NCBI GenBank assembly: GCA_040954595.2
Contig: CM082579.2
Coordinates: 3,092,345 to 3,156,344 of the forward strand
Reading direction: 5' to 3'
Length of the DNA stretch: 64,000 nucleotides
Origin: Balanoglossus misakiensis
Taxonomy: Eukaryota > Animalia > Hemichordata
Shown here one piece after another: positions 36,301-51,300 of the stretch. The position numbers and the translations under genes are program-made. Within the stretch, counting starts at the first letter, position 1; the number at the start of each line of letters is the position of its first letter. Under the pieces are notes generated by a model, which had not been told where the DNA came from, did no database searches, and was given only the letters and a program-made list of their open reading frames with translations.

Positions 36301-39300
36301 TCATATACTTAAATATGCAGTGTCTGTGTTTCTGTAATACTTCTGTGTATTATGCAGAATTTTAACACGCCAACACGGTTCTCAGGAAGATCTAAGTCTG
36401 CTCCCCAAACCCAGAATAGTGAAACCCAAGTCAGCATCAAGACCAATATCAGTGAGTTCCAAGACAACTACTGCTACATCTGATGAACAGGAGCCTATCC
36501 CCAAAAAGAAAGGTGAGTTGTAAAATAAACTGACTACTTATGCTGTTGTTATCAGTTTTTCTTATGTCTTTCGGTGTTTATTTTGCATTTGCACAGTCAA
36601 ATCTGGGTTGAATCCCTGCGCAGATAAATGCAGTGAAATAATTTGATTGGATCCCTTGATTAATGCGCTGTAAATTCTGTACCCACTCTGATGAAGGATG
36701 TCATTGAGTAAATGATCTTCGAATCTGATTATCTGCATTTATTTCATAGGTAAACCTCTACCAATCCGAGTCAGAGTTTCAGACATTGAACTTCCCGAGA
36801 AACTGCCAACATCAGCAGCAGCCGACAAAGTCTACAGCAGCGTCAAGACCTGGGATGATGTCCCACAGTTCAAGGCTTACATCGAGGCGTTGCCGGGCGG
36901 CGGCAGGTGCCTGAAAATCTCACAGGGAAGTCTGGTTTTTGAAGTGGAATGCAGCGATGGAAAGACGGCAGATGCCATTTGGTCGGCCTACCGCAGCGGG
37001 AAATTGGAGAAGATGTTGAAGGATATCTTGCAGAAGAAGAGTGGGGCCACAAAGCTTGTTCTGGACCTCTCCATTGGCTTGGAAGATTTCAATGAATTGA
37101 AACAAGATTTGAGTGGAGGTGGGTTGTAGAAATTCAGTTCTCAAGTTTTGTTTATGGATCTATCACCCAAGCTGCCATTGTTAAGATTTTTGTGTGATTT
37201 TTTCTGTCCACCACTCAATGCCTGAAGTGCACACACTGGGCTGTTTTTGTAAGCAAATATAATATACACAACAGTGTCATAATTTGTCTTTTGAATAATG
37301 TTTTAATCATTCTATGTTGCGTTTTTCCATTTTTTTTCATGACCAGAGGGAGAAGATGAACTTGGTGGACTGCCAGGTGAGTTTCTGAAATCATGTAAAT
37401 TAGTCAGAACAAGAAATCTATATGTGACAGTCCCGAGTTCTGAGTATGTGAAAATGTTGCACATTTCAATTCACCCTCCCCATTATAACCATGAGCAAGT
37501 CTGTCAATTTAATGTGTGTTCTATTCTCTCACCTGACAATGTTCACCAACAGAGTCGCCTACCAGACCGGCTAGAACCAGCGTCGCCGAACTCCGTCAGA
37601 AGTTCTCCAAGATGGCAACTATCCAGTCTCCAGACCCTGATAGCAAAGGCAAACCGAGAGAGATACCGGATTCAGAAATCTTCCCTGCTGAAGTTCCAAT
37701 CAGGTAGGCTAACATGGTTAAAACAGAACACTGAAAATCAATATATATTACTCCTAATAATAAATATAGCTAGAATTGCTGTAGGTATTTCTTTGGTGTT
37801 GCCCTATCCAAAAACAAATCTTTTCTTTTCCTTTCCAAGGAGAGCCAAGTCCGCACCCGACTTGATGAGCGAGGACGAGTGGGACTTAGTATTTCCCGGT
37901 GATTTCACCACGTACATGGAAGAGCTTCAGATCCAGAGGCAACTGATTGAGGAAGCCAAGGCCGGAAAAGTGAAGGAACCGTTCAAGAAAGACACAGAGG
38001 ATCCCGCAAGAGAAATAGTAAGTTTTTGTGTGCCATGTTCACACAGTATCACATTCCCCACAGCAATGTATAAAAAAGTCTAATTTTGTATTTCGTCTGT
38101 ATGTTACTTTTTGAAATTAGGCCTTTATGAAATGCATCAAAAACATAAATTCATTATATTCATCTTATTTGCTAGGTGTCAAGTCTTTCAAGAAGTGTGG
38201 AACAGCTAACTCCAATTGAAGAGCCCCACAAGATATGTAGGTTACATTTGTTCTATATTTTTGTAGATTTGTAGATATGTGTGATTTAAAGAAATTAAGC
38301 AATATTAAAATTCATTGAAGGAAAATTCAAATTACTTAACACTGATAGCACTTTCTGAGAATAGTAATAAGAAAATGTTTATTGTTATCTTTCAAATATT
38401 CTATTTTATTTGTAGCGGAAAGTCCCACACAAGCTGAGAAATCCAGAGAAGCTGGACTGAAGTATGTTATTATGCCCAGCAAAATCAAGTAAGTAGTAGA
38501 ATAAAACATACAATTCTACTTATTTCATCAGGAGCCATAGTTTACCAGTTTTTTTGTCATTTGATTTCAAGTCACAGTTATCATTTTTGGACTGTATACT
38601 TCTCACATTGTCAAAGGTAGCTACAACAGAAGCAAATCAAATTAGAATGCTTTTTAACTCTATTGTCTCTGATTTCATCACAGGAAGAAGAAAAAGAAGA
38701 AAATAGACCCTGTAAGTAAAAATTTCTTCATACTCGATAGTGTTATGCATTGCTTTAAATTGCTGAAGGAGATATTGAAATTCTAGACTTGCTGATCTTA
38801 CTTTAATTTTTACAGAAAAGACTTGAAGAAATTGAAAGATTTTTGAGGGAGCAACCTAGAGAGATAAGAAGGTGAGTTTTTCAATTCACTTTGTCCAACA
38901 TGTTGTCTGTTTTTTTATGCCTGACTTTTCAAGTGTGTTAAAGACTTTTTTAGTTTGTGTACAATGTAAAATGAATATTTCTATCTATGCTCATCTCCAA
39001 TATAACTATGTGGCCATAAGTACACCATCCCCAGTCATGTTAATTGTACTCTTTCAGGAGAGTGTCATTACCCAAGATCATTATGCCATTGGAAGCACAG
39101 CTCCGAGTTCCAACGTAAGTCATAACTGCTTCAGCTGATCAGATTAACTTGCTAGATGTATCATGTCTGGCTGTGTCTCATATATTTAATGTTCTTTTTA
39201 TATTGTGACATTACATCTAAGCCGTCTACCATGACTGTGCATATACATGTTCATGTTTCATGATCAAAAGTTACTTGAAGATCCTCAGTGTATTTGAAGC

Positions 39301-42300
39301 TGCTCAGACCAAATACAGCTTGGTTTAACCATTTCAGGTTGGAAACATTAACATGGATGAATTTGGAAGTCTAGTTCATGTATTACCCACCAGCATTCAT
39401 AATTTGTAATTGTCCTTCACATCCTACAGACATGTGCGACATGATAGAAAACCGAGTTTGCCGAATGTCCTGGACTTTGAACAATTTGGAGAAGAGAGAT
39501 ACCTAGAGTAAGTGTCAAACTTGTGAGAAAATGTTTATACAAATATCATGTATCCACTTAAACTTGATGAAAATCATGAGAGAATCATGAACATGTGGAA
39601 TCAGTGTTGTAAATAAGTTTTGTTTGTTATTAAACCTGGATATTTTTCTTTTTCTGTTCAACCAGAGAGGGTACTGATGTCCGTGAATGGGTGCGTGACA
39701 TCTGGGATGACTGGTTTGATGAAGTGTTTCCTCCAGTCAGTGAAAGAGAGAGTGTGACACCAGCCACTGACATTGCATCTGTTCAGGCTCCGACTCCAAC
39801 CAAGAAGTAAGTTGCTTTTCACTCGTATAGTATGTATTAGCTCAAAAATGACACTCCATGCAATGATTGTACCAATTATAGCGCAGAAAACAGATGATGT
39901 ATGTTACAGTGAAGCACTGTGTATAAAAAGACAGGGAAAAAGAAATTGTGATTGAGTCATTGTGTTCTGCAGCTTTCTATAAGTTAGCGCTGTATGTTTG
40001 TCTTTCAGGATGTTGGCAACTGAACCTGAAGAGCAAAGGTTAATTCAATCAAACTCAATTTCTCATCATGGCATTCTGCTTCACATGTATTTTTGTTTGG
40101 CAATTACATTGGTTCATTGGCAATGCTTGGGTCATGGTGATCACTCAAAAACATTTAATTTTTTCCAACAGCTGGTGTGTGAGAACATTTCATCAAATAA
40201 TAAATCATCTTTATACAGTATTTGATTCAGCTTCAGGCATGATCTGGTGGAATTTGCCAATGTGTTGGCACTAACAAAGTAACCTGTACATATATTACAC
40301 GTGACTTCACCAGCAATGTTGTGTCGTGTCTTGCAAGTCTCATCAGTGCTTGTGACATTTTGGCCACTTTTAATAGCAACACTGTTCACTCATGTCATAG
40401 TACCGGGGTACTTCAATACATAATCTAACTCTCTCACACAGTGTCAGCTAGCTCACCAGTGTGTTACAACAAGTCATCTGGTACTGTGATGTAAGGGCCA
40501 GTCATTATCTGCATTACAGTGTGATGTCACAGGGTTGCTAATCATGAGTTTGTCATTGCAGGAGGGCGTCCATCACCAGCTCTGTGATGTCTGAACAGGT
40601 CAACATCATTGATCCTCTGCCGGAAGTTCAGGACAACGAAGAACTGATTGAGGTATTCAGTTTGCTTTCATTGACATTCACACAATCAAAATACTCCCAA
40701 CAGTCAGCATTGGTCGGCAGTTCATTACAGGCCAGGTGATTAATTCATATCAAGTATTTGTATACAAAATAGACAACACGTTGCTTGATGGTATATTAAT
40801 GTCTTACAAATGATGAGATAATCTCTTCTCCTCTACAGGATTATGAAGATGAAATAAACAGGCTAAGTGAAGATATCGATGCAGCTGATGATAAACCATC
40901 ACCTTTTGATCTCTGTCGAAGAGGTGCCCTCTATAGAAAGGTCAGTCATCTGCCAACTTGAATGAAAAAGATGCACTCTTTTAATATGTTTGGATATGGG
41001 ACTGGTTCAGTGGAGAGAACCTCAGAGAAATATAATCCAGTGGCCTAATAAAAATTCATACTTATTCGTCCACAGAAAAACAAATAGTTAAAAATGTAAT
41101 TACTATTTATTCTTTTTCTCTCAGATTGGAAACCTGAAAGGAGCCTGGGAAGACCTGGATAATGCCATCGCGTTGGAACCTCAACTTCTGGATGCCTATT
41201 GGCACCGACATCTCCTGTATCTGTTGAAGAACAACAAACGCAAAGCACTGGATGATTTGAACGTTGTTTTGAAACTCAACAAGCAGCATGCCGGAGCCTA
41301 TAGGTCTAGGTGAGAATTCAATCATTTCAGATGTGATTATGAAATCCAATATGTCTGTTTTTCTCATTGGCGGTCTTAATGATTTCATTTTTTCAGAGCT
41401 GAAATCTTCCGTCAGCAAGGGAATATCACCATGGCGATTATTAATTACACCCAAGCTATTAAACTTTTACCAGATGACTATGAAGCTTACTATGCAAGAG
41501 CTGAAATGTATGAAAAGGTAAGATTGGAATGTGTATGGAAACTTTCTGTGTGTTAGTATGGTTGCTTCTAAAACATTAGGTTGAATTGCCAATAACAGCC
41601 AAAAGTTACACCTATACGTTCCTTGAACCAACAATGCAGTTTAACTCTTCATATTGTGTTTTTGTTTCTCTGTTTCTCAGAGGGGTGAAATCTTACTCGC
41701 TTTAGAAGACTATCGCGAGGCCAACAAGCTGATGCCTAGTAAGACTGAAGCCATCTTCAAACATGGTCACTATCAGTTCAACAATAGGTGAGGACGAAAT
41801 CCGCCTTCCTAAATCTTTCCATTCATGTTGATATTTTAATTCGATTTTCACTCACAGCAAAAGTCCTGTGAAACCTCAAAATGAAACTGACCAATTTTGT
41901 GCTAGAAATCTGGCTATTGTCCAGTATCACAGTAAGTAACTGACACTTCTTTGACAGCAACTGGGTGGCAGCCATCAAGGATTTCACCGAGATGCTGATC
42001 CAAGAACCCAACAATGCCTTAGCCAGGACGTACCGCGGTAGAGCCTATGCTAAACAGGGCCAGTACTCCAATGCCATCGAGGATCTCTCCATTGCTATCC
42101 ATCTTGATCCCTACAACTCTGTGGCATTCTATAACCGAGGGTGTCTATTACGAAGGTAGGAATATACAATTGACCTGCAGTGGCTTTTGACTGTAAAATT
42201 ACATCTACTTTTGATAACAGTCTTTGATAACGTAAAACTTCAATGTACCACAACCTTTGTGTCTGACAGAGCCCATCCCAAGAAGGCCTTACAAGATTTC

Positions 42301-45300
42301 AGTGTGTCTATCCTGCTGGACGACAGCCAAGATAATGTGCTGGCATTCCTTCACAGAGGAATATTGTACATGGACATGGACAGGTAGGTTGGTTTTCTAT
42401 GTCATGTGTGAAGTACGTCAGATGTGTGCATAACACCATTTTTGAATCCTGTAATGTGATGAAATGCATGTTTTTCTTTCTATAGATATGAAGATGCTGT
42501 ATCTGACTTTGAAGAGGTGATCACACTGGATCGTAGCATTGCCTGTCCTCATCTCAATCTTGGACTTATCTACATGACCAAAATGGAAAACCACTATAAG
42601 TAAGATAATCCTGATCAACAAATACTCACCCAGATAAAGTTCACAATATTTGATCACATTTTCAGTCCCCTTGAAACAAGACATACTTTGCATCAAAATT
42701 TTCCTTTGCCTGTGTTTCAGAGCCATTACATGTTTTACGAATGCCATCAAAGTGGATGCTACTTACTGGAGAGCTCTGGTGTGCCGAGCAGAGGCCCACC
42801 ACAAACTTCATGATGTAAGTAATTAAGCCCTACAAGATATTCCTGCCTCTGTACTGTAGTGTAGGTAAAATTGTGAAATGGTTCAGTCAAGGTTTTGTGA
42901 GGAATTCTCTCATTCCAACAGTATTGCACAGTAGCTACTAACTAACGAGCAATCTTGTTCTATCGATTTCAGCTGAAGAATGCGTTACTGGACTACACTA
43001 GAGCTATACATTTGAAACCAGACCTGCAGCATCTCTACATGCACAGAGTGAGTTGCATTTCATCCTTCAGGAAACAGTTGCCATAACTTTTGATGTGTTG
43101 GTGAATGAAGACTTGTATGGATACTTTGGTGTAATTTGTAAATCATGTTGTGCACAGCTGACTATTAAGTTTTCATTTCTTCTCAGGGTAAAATATTACT
43201 GGAGATGAAGAATTTAGACCTTGCCAGCTTCTGTGTTAGGTAAGTATAAACATGTACACATTTCAAATTTCACATGAAAAAGAGTATGCTCTCACATGTT
43301 CATTTGAACATTTAGATTCGCCCGTTTAGCCATATATGGGCATATGAAAATTAAAGGTGTGACACAACATCCATGTGAAGTTTACAAGTTTAATACCCCT
43401 CATCTCTTCTCACAGACATGCAGCAGAATTAAGCGAAGGTCTGGGTATTTCACCCACGCAGCAGGCCGCAGTCTTTTCTTTCTTACAAGAATATTCCAAA
43501 GCGACGGAAGCCCTGGCTGCATCTTCCAGGGTCAAACCGACCGTACCGACATTTGTTCTGCTGGGAAAGACACAGATGAAAGATAAGAAACTGGAAGATG
43601 CCACAGAGAGTTTAGAAAAAGCATTGGAGTTGATGGTATGTTTATGTATAGTTTAATATATTTTATAATTTTCATCTACATGTAGATAGATGTGTCAAAT
43701 CCATGTACCAGTTGTTTTATTGTTCTACCCATACTGTGTTTCCAGGCAATCCCTTTGTAAGATACTTTCTATTAGTACTTTTGCTGTATTTAACAAATTT
43801 CATAACTAACATAAAGATCGTACAGAATGTTGACATGTTTTGGTCGGTTGTCTTGTTATTTGTTTGTCTTACAGGAACAAGGCAGGAAACGTACTTCAGA
43901 GAACAAGTATTCCAAAGTGAAGGTTGTTTGTTCTCCGTTTAATACAAAACCAAATCTGCTCTCCCTGCTAGGCAAACCATCAATCCATCCATCCATCTCT
44001 TCCTTCCCATCAAGTAATGTTCAATGTAATCATAGCGCCATTGTCATTTGCAAATGCCAAACGATTTAGTGATTGTCAGGGTTGATCTGAATTTATCATA
44101 TGAGAAAGTCCTATGATGAAATTCTGACATAGAAAAGCATTTGCGCCCACACAGCTTTTAAACAAAGTAAATAATGTAGACAGCATCCACATCACATTTG
44201 TCTCAACACAATCATAAGTAGGCTGTGTGATGTGTAGCAGAATTCTCTTGAAAAATGGCATCCATGATAGTTTTTCATGTGTGACTTCATTTATGTAAAA
44301 GTAATGCTTTCTTTCAGGTTCATGATAGAAGCTGTCATCTCTGAAATTGCTGATTCTCATATCTCTATTTTTTTTCTTGAAATCATCAATGCTGACAAAT
44401 CTTCTCATAAATCAGCATATCCCCCATCCCACCTTGCATGTGTTAGTTAGTGATGTAGTTTTATTTTGTCAAGCTACATATAAAGCAGTTGCTTTTGTGT
44501 TTTATGGTGCAAAGTATTCTTATTGCCAATGCATAGATACATGCCACCAGGTGGGATTGAATAATATTCAAATCTGAAAATCTACCCCCCTCCCCCAAGG
44601 TGCATTCTATTTCAGATGCTTGTGGGAATATCTTTATTTTTATTCTCACGTACCCCAGCGGTAATGGTAACACAGTCATTCAAGGGGCATACCATTGCTG
44701 GCAAACCATTGCAGAAAAGCAGACCATCATAATGTGTTAAAGATACCATGCTGCGGAAAGAGTTTGCTTTCATCAAGCGTTGATCCGACTCACTCTTGAT
44801 TCCTTCTCCTTGCCGTCTCCCACGTAGAAACCATGGCAGGAGAGAGAACCCTGGCCAAAGGAAGCAGCGGAAGTTCAATTCTTGATTGGCATGTGTCAGA
44901 TGGAGCTGGGCAACTACTTGAAATCCTTTGAAGCGTTCAATAGCGCCATCAAGATCCGATCGGACTATTCAGAGGTGGGTAAACATGAGGTTCAGCACAA
45001 AGAGGCCGAGATGCTTACCTGGGAATCAGTTGTGCATTTAGCAACAATAAATGAGAGCTTGTTTTGAGCAAAACACAATCATCATACAACCCTTCCTATT
45101 TCCTGTATATAGGACCAACCATCCTATCAAAAACACTGGGAGTCCAGAATTTCCTCATTTAAGATTTTTAACGTTTCCATATAATCTCAACAGGCGTATT
45201 ACCAACGTGGATTGGTCAGAATGAGACTAAAGCAGTCCAAAGGAGTTCAGGATTTCAACAGAGCACTTGCCATCAACCCTAAACTATTCCAGGTCAGTAT

Positions 45301-48300
45301 TTCTCTCAAATTGTAGCATGCATGCATGAGTCATGGCAAGGAAGAATTTGTGTGTTGCTGATTCAGACACACCCAGTATACAACTCTGTACAATATTCTC
45401 TTCACCCCTGATATCACAGGCCTATCTGAGCCGAGCTGCTTTCTACGGCATGAAGGGCAGATACAGCAAAGGTATCATCAACTGCAATGAGGCCATCAAG
45501 TTACAACCAAACAGTGTCAGGGCATACCTCTACAGGTCAGTGTTAACTCTGTCTGGTCATCTGTAGGTACCCTGAAGTTGAATTGATAAAGCTGGTGTAC
45601 AGCAAAATCATGTAAACGAACAATGCTTAATGTAGTTTTGCTGTTGACATTAGCTATCAATCATAGCTTTTTATACCCCATGAGTATTTCTTCAACTAGA
45701 CTGGTCTGTTTTTTTTCACCACTTATTTGACAGGGGTGCCTTGAAGTATCACATCAGAGCCTACGACTTGGCAATACGAGACCTGACCAAAGCCTTGGAG
45801 ATCGACAACACTTGTTCCTTGGCCTACTTCAATAGAGCTGTCTGTTACCACACCATGAAAGATTATGATAATGTGAGTACTACTTGCACTGATTTGCTTA
45901 TAGTGTTTTGAATCTCTGATTTTGCATCCCTGTAAGCATGCATTCATTGTTGGAATTTCTGTTCTCATTCTAGGCACTGAGAGATTATGGTATTGTGTTA
46001 TTACTGGGTGAAGACAATTCACTGAAAGTAAGTGTGATTATCTCTATCTGTTTCGGTTGCCATCGGTGACCCATTACCTGACTTCGTGTCAGCGATAATT
46101 TGTCAGTCGCTGCCAGATTTGCTATCATGATTGTACATGTATTTCATTTATATTAATACATTGTGGAATCTTCGAATTTGTCAGCAGTCTCAAGTTGGCA
46201 CTGACTTTAGATAAATGTCTAGGATCTAGGTGCAAATGTCAATTTTTTTTACTCTCTCAAAGAAAATACATGTACACAATTATCCCTATATTGTCATCTA
46301 GGTTTTGATCAATCGTGGTCTGATGTACTTTGAGAGAAAAGATTACAAGAATGCACTGCAGGACTTCTACCAGGCAGTCAAGGTGAGTCAGTTGTCGAAT
46401 CAAGTTGACTGTTGGCTCTCTTTCATGAAGTGGTCATGTGTTTAAACCTGCACAATACCCTGAACACAACAAATTATGAGATATTGAAAAGATATTACTT
46501 GCCAATGTCTAATTTTGTGATTTTTTTCTAGGTTGAACCTGATGATCCAAAGATTAGACATACTCTTGGCCTTTGCTTCCACAAGTAAGTTCACTTTAAA
46601 ATGAAGTAAGATTATCTTGATTTGCAACAGTTGGCATGGAAACTTACTCCAGAGATCCAACATGGGTTTGTTGTGGTTGCCATTTGCTATGGCTCTGTCA
46701 TTGTCACAAAGTGGTTTATTTCATTCTGACATTGTTTTGACTGGATTGTTTGTGATTTTCAGACTCAACAGATTGGAAGAAGCTGTCAGCACTTTCACTG
46801 GTGCCTTACAAGTAGACAAGTACTTCCTGGATTCTCTTATCGGCCGAGGCAACGCATTCATGGACTATGGTCATGAGATCGCCAACACGGCCGCTAGGTT
46901 TGTACCAGTAAAATTTTTGCTGAGTTGGCAAGACTGACTCTATGGTAAAAGCAGGACAAGTCCAAGGTTGGGGTTTCCATGAAACTGGGAATCTCAGTCT
47001 ATGTATGGTTCCATTTTGAGCTTTGATCCACCCAGATGTGTTAATTTATTGACTTAATTTCTATCACACAGACGCGACTACGAAACAGCAATACATTTAG
47101 ATCCTCTATGTTTATCAGCAAGAGTTAATCTGGGATACAACTTGCAAGTCTGTGGAAAATTCCAGCAAGCTTGGAACCACTTCACAGCTTGTCTGCAAAT
47201 CAGTCCAGGTATAGTATGACAAGAAGATGATTTCTGCATATAAAATTCTAGAGTACCAGTAATTTAGTTATGACAACTTGTAAGTTGTTCATTTTACATG
47301 ATAATTAAGTAGCATCTACTGTCTGTGATTCAAGTGAAAATATCGGAACTATAAAAATGTGTTTATACCCAGGCATGTGCGGAAACAATTATTACATTAT
47401 ACCAGTATATTGATGGTGTAAATCACGCTATTTGATTGGTCGAGACACGACACGTGACCGTGATATATTAGCCATATACCACAGTCATATATCATAGTTA
47501 AAGAAAATGCCTTTTTAAAATGTTTTATGCAAAGTTTCAATATACTGGCATAATATAATAGCAATAAAACACCCCAGCCATGGTATACCACTCGATTTTG
47601 ACCAGTTCAACTCCATATACGCACTCGCTATCGCTCGTGCGTATATGTCGTGAACTGGTCAAAATCTCGTGATATACCATGGCTGGGGGTGTTTTATTGC
47701 TTAAGTATATGTTAGTGATTCCATAGCATTATTGCCAATCACTAATTTAGGAATGCTTCTTTATTTTCCAGACTACAAACCGGCTTTGGAAGGTAGAGCC
47801 GTTGTTTGCCTGCAGATGAGAAACACAGCAGCTGCCTTCAAAGACATCAACGCAGCCCTGAAAGTGGAACCCAGTGCTGAGCTGTACACCAACAGAGGCG
47901 TGATCAACCAGTTCATGGGAGACCGCACTAACGCCATCAAGGATTACCAGTCGGCCATCAAAGTCGATCCAACCTATGGACTGGCGTACTTCAACGCTGC
48001 AAATCTGTATTTCCACACAAGACAGTTTAGACAGGTGTGTGAAAATAATAATATATTAAGGGGTCCTGTCATTTGGCATTCTTAAATTTTCATGATTTTA
48101 ATGCACACGTTTCCATGGCCCCTAATGGCATACAAACACACCACTTAGTAACCATTTTGATACTGAAAGACTGGGCCCAACCCCTTCAGATGGCACTTGT
48201 CAATATAGAGCTGTGTTTTTTTAACTTAAGAGCTAAGTACCATTTTATTTCTGGGGCTGTTGACTGTCTGATTCTCTCAATGCACACACTCCGTGGTTAC

Positions 48301-51300
48301 ATAGGAACAAGGGACTATGACAAATACTACTTGTCCCATATATTACATTTGGAACTAGTTCAAGAGTTGATTCATGCAGGTCAGAATTTCATGAGTGCTG
48401 GGCATGATCCGAGACGCATTAATATTCACCATTGATTATGAGTTATTATCATAAAATATTAATATTTAGACAAGTCTCAAACTTTGCATAAATGGATACC
48501 TGATGATTTCATATGTGAAAAAAAATTTCAGACATAAAGACCAATTTATTCCCAAACAGATTGTGAAAATGTCATTCGCGTCTGTTAAGTTTGAATGACG
48601 TTTTTATTGCTTAATGGGAACATCTTCAAGGGCCATACTGTGATGAAACTGTCATGTTTCAACGAGGTTGAAGTAAATCACAAACAGATTTATTTTTTAT
48701 GGCAGTCAAAAGAATCAAGTACATGTTGCGTATGAACTTAACACTTCCCTATGTACTGTCTTTGCTACCTGACATTGCACCAGGCCAGGGGAAGTACTGT
48801 ATTAACAGTGTGCAGTGTTTTGGCAACATATGTCAATTTTTTGTAATGCTCAATTTTCGTCATTAATATCAAGAGGTAACATAAAATCACTTCTCCACTT
48901 CCCTCAGGCTAAAGAGTTTTATGATAAAGCATTTGAATTCAACCCTCGAGATGAATCTGCTGTCTTGAACAGAGCCATCACTAAGGTACGTAAAACGGTT
49001 TTCGTGTCCTGTCCATAAAATTCAGTGTATTGCAAAGTGATAATGGTAATATTCAGTTGTATGACTTATGAAATTGTTAATGATGTCATAGGTCGTCAGG
49101 TGTCATGGTGCAATGGTTCAGTATCAGAATTTCAGAGTATCAGAATCAAATACCATTTCATACTTCCAACTTTATTTGGGACAATTCTTTAATATAGTAC
49201 ACATCATGGGAACAGATATCTTGGAAAACAAAAGTCTTCCTTTTGCTTCATCATTAAACCCTAATTAAAAATCATGACCGAATCAAACAGTTCACCATCT
49301 TCAGAAAATCAAGTCAAATTTTCTTCTTGGATTTGATGTCATGCAATTCATTATGCAAGTAAGACACCACTCTACTTTCAAATTCATGGAAAATCCTGAA
49401 ATGGATAAACATGGCATGGATAGTTGACAAATAATTCACTGCCTCCAGTGATGTTAAAATACCGTCCATTTTTCTTGAATCAAATTGTGCTCGTCTCAGA
49501 CTCTAATTTAGCCTCACAGTTACAACAGATGAGTTGTTTGTATGCAGCCCTGTAGTCTCGGTTGTGTGCGTACAGCCACGGATTGACGGCAGAATTGCAG
49601 TAGCGAAGCCATCCAAAGTAAAACGACAGCTTGGTCACCACGGGGTCGTCAGGATACGCCGTCACCAGAATCTGAATTGTGAAATACGGCATCCACATGA
49701 TGATGAAGACAATGACGATGATGAGGACACCTTTGATGGCCCGATTGTTCCGTCTCTGTCTGTACTGTTGCCGGGTTGTCGACCAGGCGGCGTTCAGTTG
49801 GGCCGTGATCTTTTTGGACTGCTCGCGGGCCACGCAATAGATGTAGATGTTGGTGTACAGCAGAATAAACAGAGGGATCAAGAAGGCTAAGAGTACAGTG
49901 AGGAGCAAGACTCCGCCTGTCCATGTCATACGGCAGGTGTCGTTGCTGGTTTTTGCCCCGGTGATCTTGCTGAGCACACACGTCACGATAAGCGCGACGA
50001 ACCACACAAGACAGATTACAGCTTTGACGGCGCGAAACGACGTCTTCTCCAAGTATTTGATGGGCCAACGAAGACTGGCAAATTTATCCAGACTGATCAC
50101 CACCAGGCTGAGGATGGACGTGAAGGACAACAGTTGGACCAGCGTCAGCCACACGGCGCAGAACGCCTGCCCGAGGTCCAGGTCCCAGGCAAAGCATCGA
50201 ACGATGTCCAGCGGCAAGACGAAGACCCCAAGGGCAAAGTCGCTCAATGCCAAGTTCATGGTCAGAGCCGTCGAGTGTGGGTGACGCAGCTTCTTGAACT
50301 TGATGTAGGAGGCGATCGCCAGGCAGTTGCCGAGGATAACTGCCAGCGTGATCAAGATCACCGCGCAGAGTTCCACAGCGGTGAGGTACGAGGTGACGTG
50401 ACCAGCCAAAGGTGGTGATGTTGCGTTTACCGCTGGAGTTACAGTTGTCACCACCTCGGGAGCTTCAATCACAAAGCCCCGAGCAGATATCTGATGGCTA
50501 TAGCCATGTCCTTCAGCGGCCCTCAGAGCATCCAGAAATGTCCTCATCCGTGATTCTGACATCTCACTCATCAGCTTGTTCAGCGGTCTTTGCGAGGCAG
50601 CTGTCAAGACGACAGCACTTTATGATTGCCAAATTTTAATGTTACATTGTCTCTGTATGTCAGCAGACATGTGAGACGTGAAGAGAGGCACTCATTCGCT
50701 GACTCTCGTCATCAGCAGAAAGGTTACGATGCACGAATTGTAAAATTTCAGTGCGTCTTTTGGATCAACAGGTGCTTAATTCCCAGATACTTTCCCCACC
50801 TATTCAAGTCACAAAAAAAACAGCACCACAATTAATTCTTCCATTAACTGAGTGGGCATTTGCCCGTATCTCAGCTAAGTCTGTTTGTTTTAATGTTTTA
50901 GAGCAGGCAAACCAAACAGAAGCATTTCAGCTCAGCCCGGCAGGGAAAATATGGGTCACACGATCCCGGAACATGCTGACATCAGAAAAACCACTGTGTA
51001 AAGATCACTATTGATCAGCCATTGCCAAAGTCATACCATGTTGCCATGGTTGCTAGTAAAGCTCAAGCAAAAGTTTTGTTTGCCATTTTCATAGTTTAAA
51101 TGCCTAGCGATGAATAAATCAATAAAATCTAGAATCTCAAATAATTTATTTCGGTGCCTGCCATCTGTCCATTAGAAGTTATCACATTATGAGAAGAGCA
51201 GACACTGAGAGACTCTAATTGAGAACTCAAACCAAAATTTACAGATTCTCCCCATGATGCAGTTTATCAATCAATATCTCAAAAGATTGATCATTTTTAT

